From Patescibacteria group bacterium UBA1370 (GTDB lineage Bacteria; Patescibacteriota; Microgenomatia; UBA1400; PJMF01): a DNA stretch of 51,801 bases. The position numbers and the translations under genes are program-made. The stretch's first letter is position 1; each line of letters starts with the position of its first letter. The stretch is from positions 1-51,801 of the forward strand of contig DBRK01000006.1 in NCBI GenBank assembly GCA_002306315.1, given 5' to 3'. The notes beneath the pieces were generated by a model, which was not told the DNA's origin, did no database searches, and was given only the letters and a program-made list of their open reading frames with translations. Below are positions 48,542 through 51,801 of the stretch, piece after piece.

Positions 48542-49654
48542 ATGATTCGTTTGAAAACCCAGGATACAGCAACAACAGAAATTGTCAAGACCGCCGTAAG
48601 AGTTCTGCAAGAAGGTGGTTTGGTGATCCTCCCGACCGAGACAGTTTACGGTGCCGGGGTGGATACCACCAACCAGGCTGCAGTAGATAAACTGCTGGCT
48701 TATAAATCGCGTCGCGAAGGCAAGCCGCTTTCTATTGCTGTGACTGATACACAAATGGCTGAGAAATATGTGGAGTTAAATGACCAAGCCCGAGCGCTGT
48801 ACCGGCAGTTTATGCCGGGACCGGTGACGGTGGTTTCCCGCAGCCGGGGTTTAGTGGCAGAGGGGGTGGCCTCAGAATTTGGTACGCTTGGCGCCAGGAT
48901 TCCCGATTATGATTTGGTTGTCGAAATTGTCCGGGCTTTTGGCCGACCGATTACGGCAACCAGCGCTAATGCCTCAGGTCGGAAGCGTCCGTATTCTATA
49001 GAGGACGTTTTTGCGGGGTTGTCTGAAAAACAAAAAAGCCTGATTGATCTAATCATTGATGCCGGCGAGCTGCCACACAATGAGCCGAGCACGGTAATTG
49101 ATACCACCTTGTCTGCACCGGTGACTTTGCGCCCTGGTGGTTTGCAAGGTCGTGGCATGGTAGGAAGCGCAAAAGCTGGTACGGAGCTTGCTTTGCATTC
49201 CTCATCCGAACAGGAAACCATGGAAATCGCCGGCCGGTTGCTGTTGAAGCATTGGGATGCAGTCGCTGACCACGGCGTAGTTTTTGCGCTGGAGGGGCCG
49301 CTTGGTGTCGGCAAAACTGTTTTTGCCAAAGGTTTGGCGCAGTTCTTGCAAATTAAAGACAATATCAGTTCACCAACTTACACCTATATTGAAGAATACG
49401 ATTTCCGCCGCCACCAAACCGCCGGTCATTTTTATCACCTGGACATGTGGAAGGTAGAGAGCGCTGAGGAGCTGGAACGGCTGCGGGTGACTGAGTTGCT
49501 GCAGCCGGGCACTGTAAGCGCGATTGAATGGTACAGCCAAGTCGCAGCGTGGTTAGAGCCGGCAATAACAAAGCTAGGAGTGCCTTTGATAAAAGTTGAG
49601 ATCGACGAAGGCAATGAAAGCGACGAGCGCAAGTTGCTGATTAGGGAAAATTAA
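48542..49654 (+). CDS. tsaC-tsaE: TsaC(YrdC/Sua5)-TsaE(YjeE) fusion, t6A biosynthesis
   Basis: PTETVYG, K.R...KPL, PGPVT, TSAN.SG, then GPLGVGKT, SSPTY, HLDMWK, IEW in one ORF; start placed at MIRLK. Confidence 0.88.
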   Translation: MIRLKTQDTATTEIVKTAVRVLQEGGLVILPTETVYGAGVDTTNQAAVDKLLAYKSRREGKPLSIAVTDTQMAEKYVELNDQARALYRQFMPGPVTVVSRSRGLVAEGVASEFGTLGARIPDYDLVVEIVRAFGRPITATSANASGRKRPYSIEDVFAGLSEKQKSLIDLIIDAGELPHNEPSTVIDTTLSAPVTLRPGGLQGRGMVGSAKAGTELALHSSSEQETMEIAGRLLLKHWDAVADHGVVFALEGPLGVGKTVFAKGLAQFLQIKDNISSPTYTYIEEYDFRRHQTAGHFYHLDMWKVESAEELERLRVTELLQPGTVSAIEWYSQVAAWLEPAITKLGVPLIKVEIDEGNESDERKLLIREN

Positions 49655-49817
49655 GGAAGCTATAGTTTTGTTGCTCAGCCCTACATTTATTATTCGAAGT
49701 ATTTGTTATTTCCCTATCAATTAAGATATTTATGTTCGCATCTGTTCTGCGGTGATTTTGCAATTATTCCTAAAACTGTAAGCTCCCATCGCGCTCTCCC
49801 GTATAATACACCGGACC

Positions 49818-50924
49818 ATGCAAGAAAACTTAATTTTGGCTATCGATACATCGTGCGATGACACCGCCGCTGCAGTGACGGCGAGCTCAGTGGTGCTTTC
49901 TAACGTCATTGCTTCACAAACCGATTTGCACCGAGCCTACGGCGGTGTCTTCCCGACCGTGGCCAAACAAGCCCACCGCGAAAATATTACCCGCGTTGTG
50001 GAGTTGGCTTTGCGGCGAGCTGGAGTCACTCCGTCCGAGCTGGCAGCTGTGGCGGTGACCCAGGGGCCGGGTCTGGCACCGGCGCTGGAAGTGGGAATCG
50101 GTTTTGCCAAGACCTTTGCGGCAGAACACGAGTTGCCCCTGATTGCAATCAATCATATCGAGGCTCATATCCTTTCGCCGCTGGCGCAACCAAAGAGCCG
50201 GCATGGAAGCACTTTGTCTTTGTTCAAACAAGTTGTAGATATCAATTTCCCGGTCGTTTCTGTCGTCGTCTCCGGCGGCCATACTCAGTTTGTGGTTTTT
50301 GATGAGATTGGCCGCTATGAGCTTGTGGGGCAGACGTTGGACGACGCCGCCGGCGAGTGCTTGGACAAGATCGGCCGGATGCTCAATCTTGGATATCCGG
50401 CAGGGCCGGTGATTGAGAAGTTTGCGGCGCATGGCAACCCGAAGCGTTTTGAGTTTCCGCTGCCGCTGACGCAGGCGAAAGACTTTAATCTCAGCTTCTC
50501 GGGTCTGAAAACTTTTGCCCGAAACCTGATTCGGGATTTGGGTGGTCCCGAAAGCCTCGCTCGGCAGGACTTATACGATCTTTGTGCGTGTGTACAATAC
50601 TCGGTTTTTAGGCATATTTCATATAAATTGAGCAAATTATTGCAGGAAGTGCCTGCCGGTGAGGTGTGGCTGGGGGGCGGGGTGGCTGCCAACACTGAAC
50701 TGCGGAAAACGCTGCGTACCACCATTGCCGATCACACCAAAACCGCCCACAAAAACGGCCAAGCCAATATCCCGAAAATCCGCTTCCGCGCTCCCTACTC
50801 CAAACGCCTTACCATGGACAACGCGGCCATGATCGCCGTGGTGGCTGGTTTTAAATTGAGGCGCGGGGAATTTGTGAAAGACACCACCGAGCTAGACCGG
50901 AAGCCGCGGTGGGAGGTAGCTTAG
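49818..50924 (+). CDS. tsaD: tRNA threonylcarbamoyltransferase TsaD
   Basis: IDTSCDDT, GPGL, HIEAH, SGGHT, DDAAGE..DK, GGVAAN, DNAAMIA. Confidence 0.95.
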   Translation: MQENLILAIDTSCDDTAAAVTASSVVLSNVIASQTDLHRAYGGVFPTVAKQAHRENITRVVELALRRAGVTPSELAAVAVTQGPGLAPALEVGIGFAKTFAAEHELPLIAINHIEAHILSPLAQPKSRHGSTLSLFKQVVDINFPVVSVVVSGGHTQFVVFDEIGRYELVGQTLDDAAGECLDKIGRMLNLGYPAGPVIEKFAAHGNPKRFEFPLPLTQAKDFNLSFSGLKTFARNLIRDLGGPESLARQDLYDLCACVQYSVFRHISYKLSKLLQEVPAGEVWLGGGVAANTELRKTLRTTIADHTKTAHKNGQANIPKIRFRAPYSKRLTMDNAAMIAVVAGFKLRRGEFVKDTTELDRKPRWEVA

Positions 50925-50942
50925 CTTTAAGCTTTTGCAATA

Positions 50943-50970
50943 AAAAGCCGGAGCATTTGCTCCGGCTTTT
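50943..50970. terminator. Bidirectional terminator between tsaD and nrdJ
   Basis: AAAAGCCGGAGCA-TT-TGCTCCGGCTTTT. Confidence 0.9.
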
Positions 50971-50988
50971 CTTATCACTAATTACAAC

Positions 50989-51801
50989 TTATATTGGACA
51001 GGCACCACTCTCGCATTTTAGGTGCTCGTAATCGATATCTTCAGAGACATCCTTGTTCACTCCGCCGCCGTTCTTTTCGATTTCATTCAGCACCTTCATG
51101 AACTCACTGATCGTCACCGGCTGCTCCGGCTGATACTCGTAAGCGGTGGCATCCTGCTGCGGCATCAGGCTGCAGCATTTCACTTGGCTCTGATAGGAAC
51201 GGACCATATCGGCGTATTCCTTGAAAGCCACCTTTTCAGGATCGTATTTCAGAGTGTAGGAAACCTGGTTGCCAGTATCCTCCGACAGCGAATTACCCTG
51301 CTCGTCAACACCAACAATCCAGTATTTTTCCAGAAGCATCAACCACTTGTACTGCTCTTCAGGGCTGGCTTCGGCGGCAGTCACCAACCGGTCGCCCATC
51401 CCCAAGCGGCGGATAAGCGGCTGAGTTGGGAAACCGACGGCGGTTGTTCCCTGGTAACTCTTCAGCTCTTTAACCGGATAACCGAGCTTCTTGTACTTCT
51501 TTACCTGCGGATCATCACTGCGGTACTGCACCCAGCGGATGTACTCGCGCATACTGGGTAGGTGAGCACCTTCAGTCAGGGCAAAGAGTTTGGAAACCGT
51601 GCCGGACGGTTTGATAGTGGTGTTGGTGTGCGGCACATTAACTCCCAATTTCTTGGAATAGGTCTCGGCTTCTTCCACCACCGCCCTCTTGAAACGGGCC
51701 AGGGTCATCCAGAAATCCTTGGATTTTTCCTCATCAATCAGATCATGAAAAGCATAACCAAACTGATTCCAAGCAAACTCATGGATGCCGGTCATACCGA
51801 C
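50989..51801 (-). CDS. nrdJ: Class II (B12-dependent) ribonucleotide reductase, C-terminal part (5' end outside window)
   Basis: TTIKPSGTVSKL, NQVSYT, YEYQPEQP, C-terminal CESGACPI redox pair. Confidence 0.85.
   Translation of the reverse strand, partial: VGMTGIHEFAWNQFGYAFHDLIDEEKSKDFWMTLARFKRAVVEEAETYSKKLGVNVPHTNTTIKPSGTVSKLFALTEGAHLPSMREYIRWVQYRSDDPQVKKYKKLGYPVKELKSYQGTTAVGFPTQPLIRRLGMGDRLVTAAEASPEEQYKWLMLLEKYWIVGVDEQGNSLSEDTGNQVSYTLKYDPEKVAFKEYADMVRSYQSQVKCCSLMPQQDATAYEYQPEQPVTISEFMKVLNEIEKNGGGVNKDVSEDIDYEHLKCESGACPI

Overview
Chromosomal, mostly minus-strand housekeeping region of a small-genome bacterium. The streamlined proteins, standalone 5'-3' exonuclease and LPxTG protein suggest a Patescibacteria/CPR (Microgenomates-like) origin; this is inference. 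TGA is used as a stop, consistent with code 11. From left to right the window holds RNase J, UDG, a protease-less Lon AAA+ module, pentose-phosphate genes, a SUF/ferredoxin/DsbA block, SOD, pnp-rpsO-infB-nusA, hrcA-grpE-dnaK-dnaJ, ftsH, trpS, a Xer-like recombinase, two tRNA-Met(CAT), groES/EL, yidC, tsaC-tsaE/tsaD and the 3' part of a class II ribonucleotide reductase. No CRISPR array, prophage or IS was seen. The most notable observations are: (1) an unannotated Trp-Trp leader peptide with terminator/antiterminator geometry upstream of trpS; (2) a non-canonical CIRCE operator at hrcA, dnaK, groES and ftsH; (3) a NUDIX-GrpE fusion and a Cys-tailed NUDIX inside the suf operon; (4) a TsaC-TsaE fusion; (5) many probably leaderless genes alongside a miniaturised, atypical initiator tRNA; (6) a possible 20-aa hydrophobic peptide in a structured RNA after rpsO; (7) several enzymes lacking canonical catalytic or cofactor residues. 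All calls are by-eye motif recognition; no searches were run.
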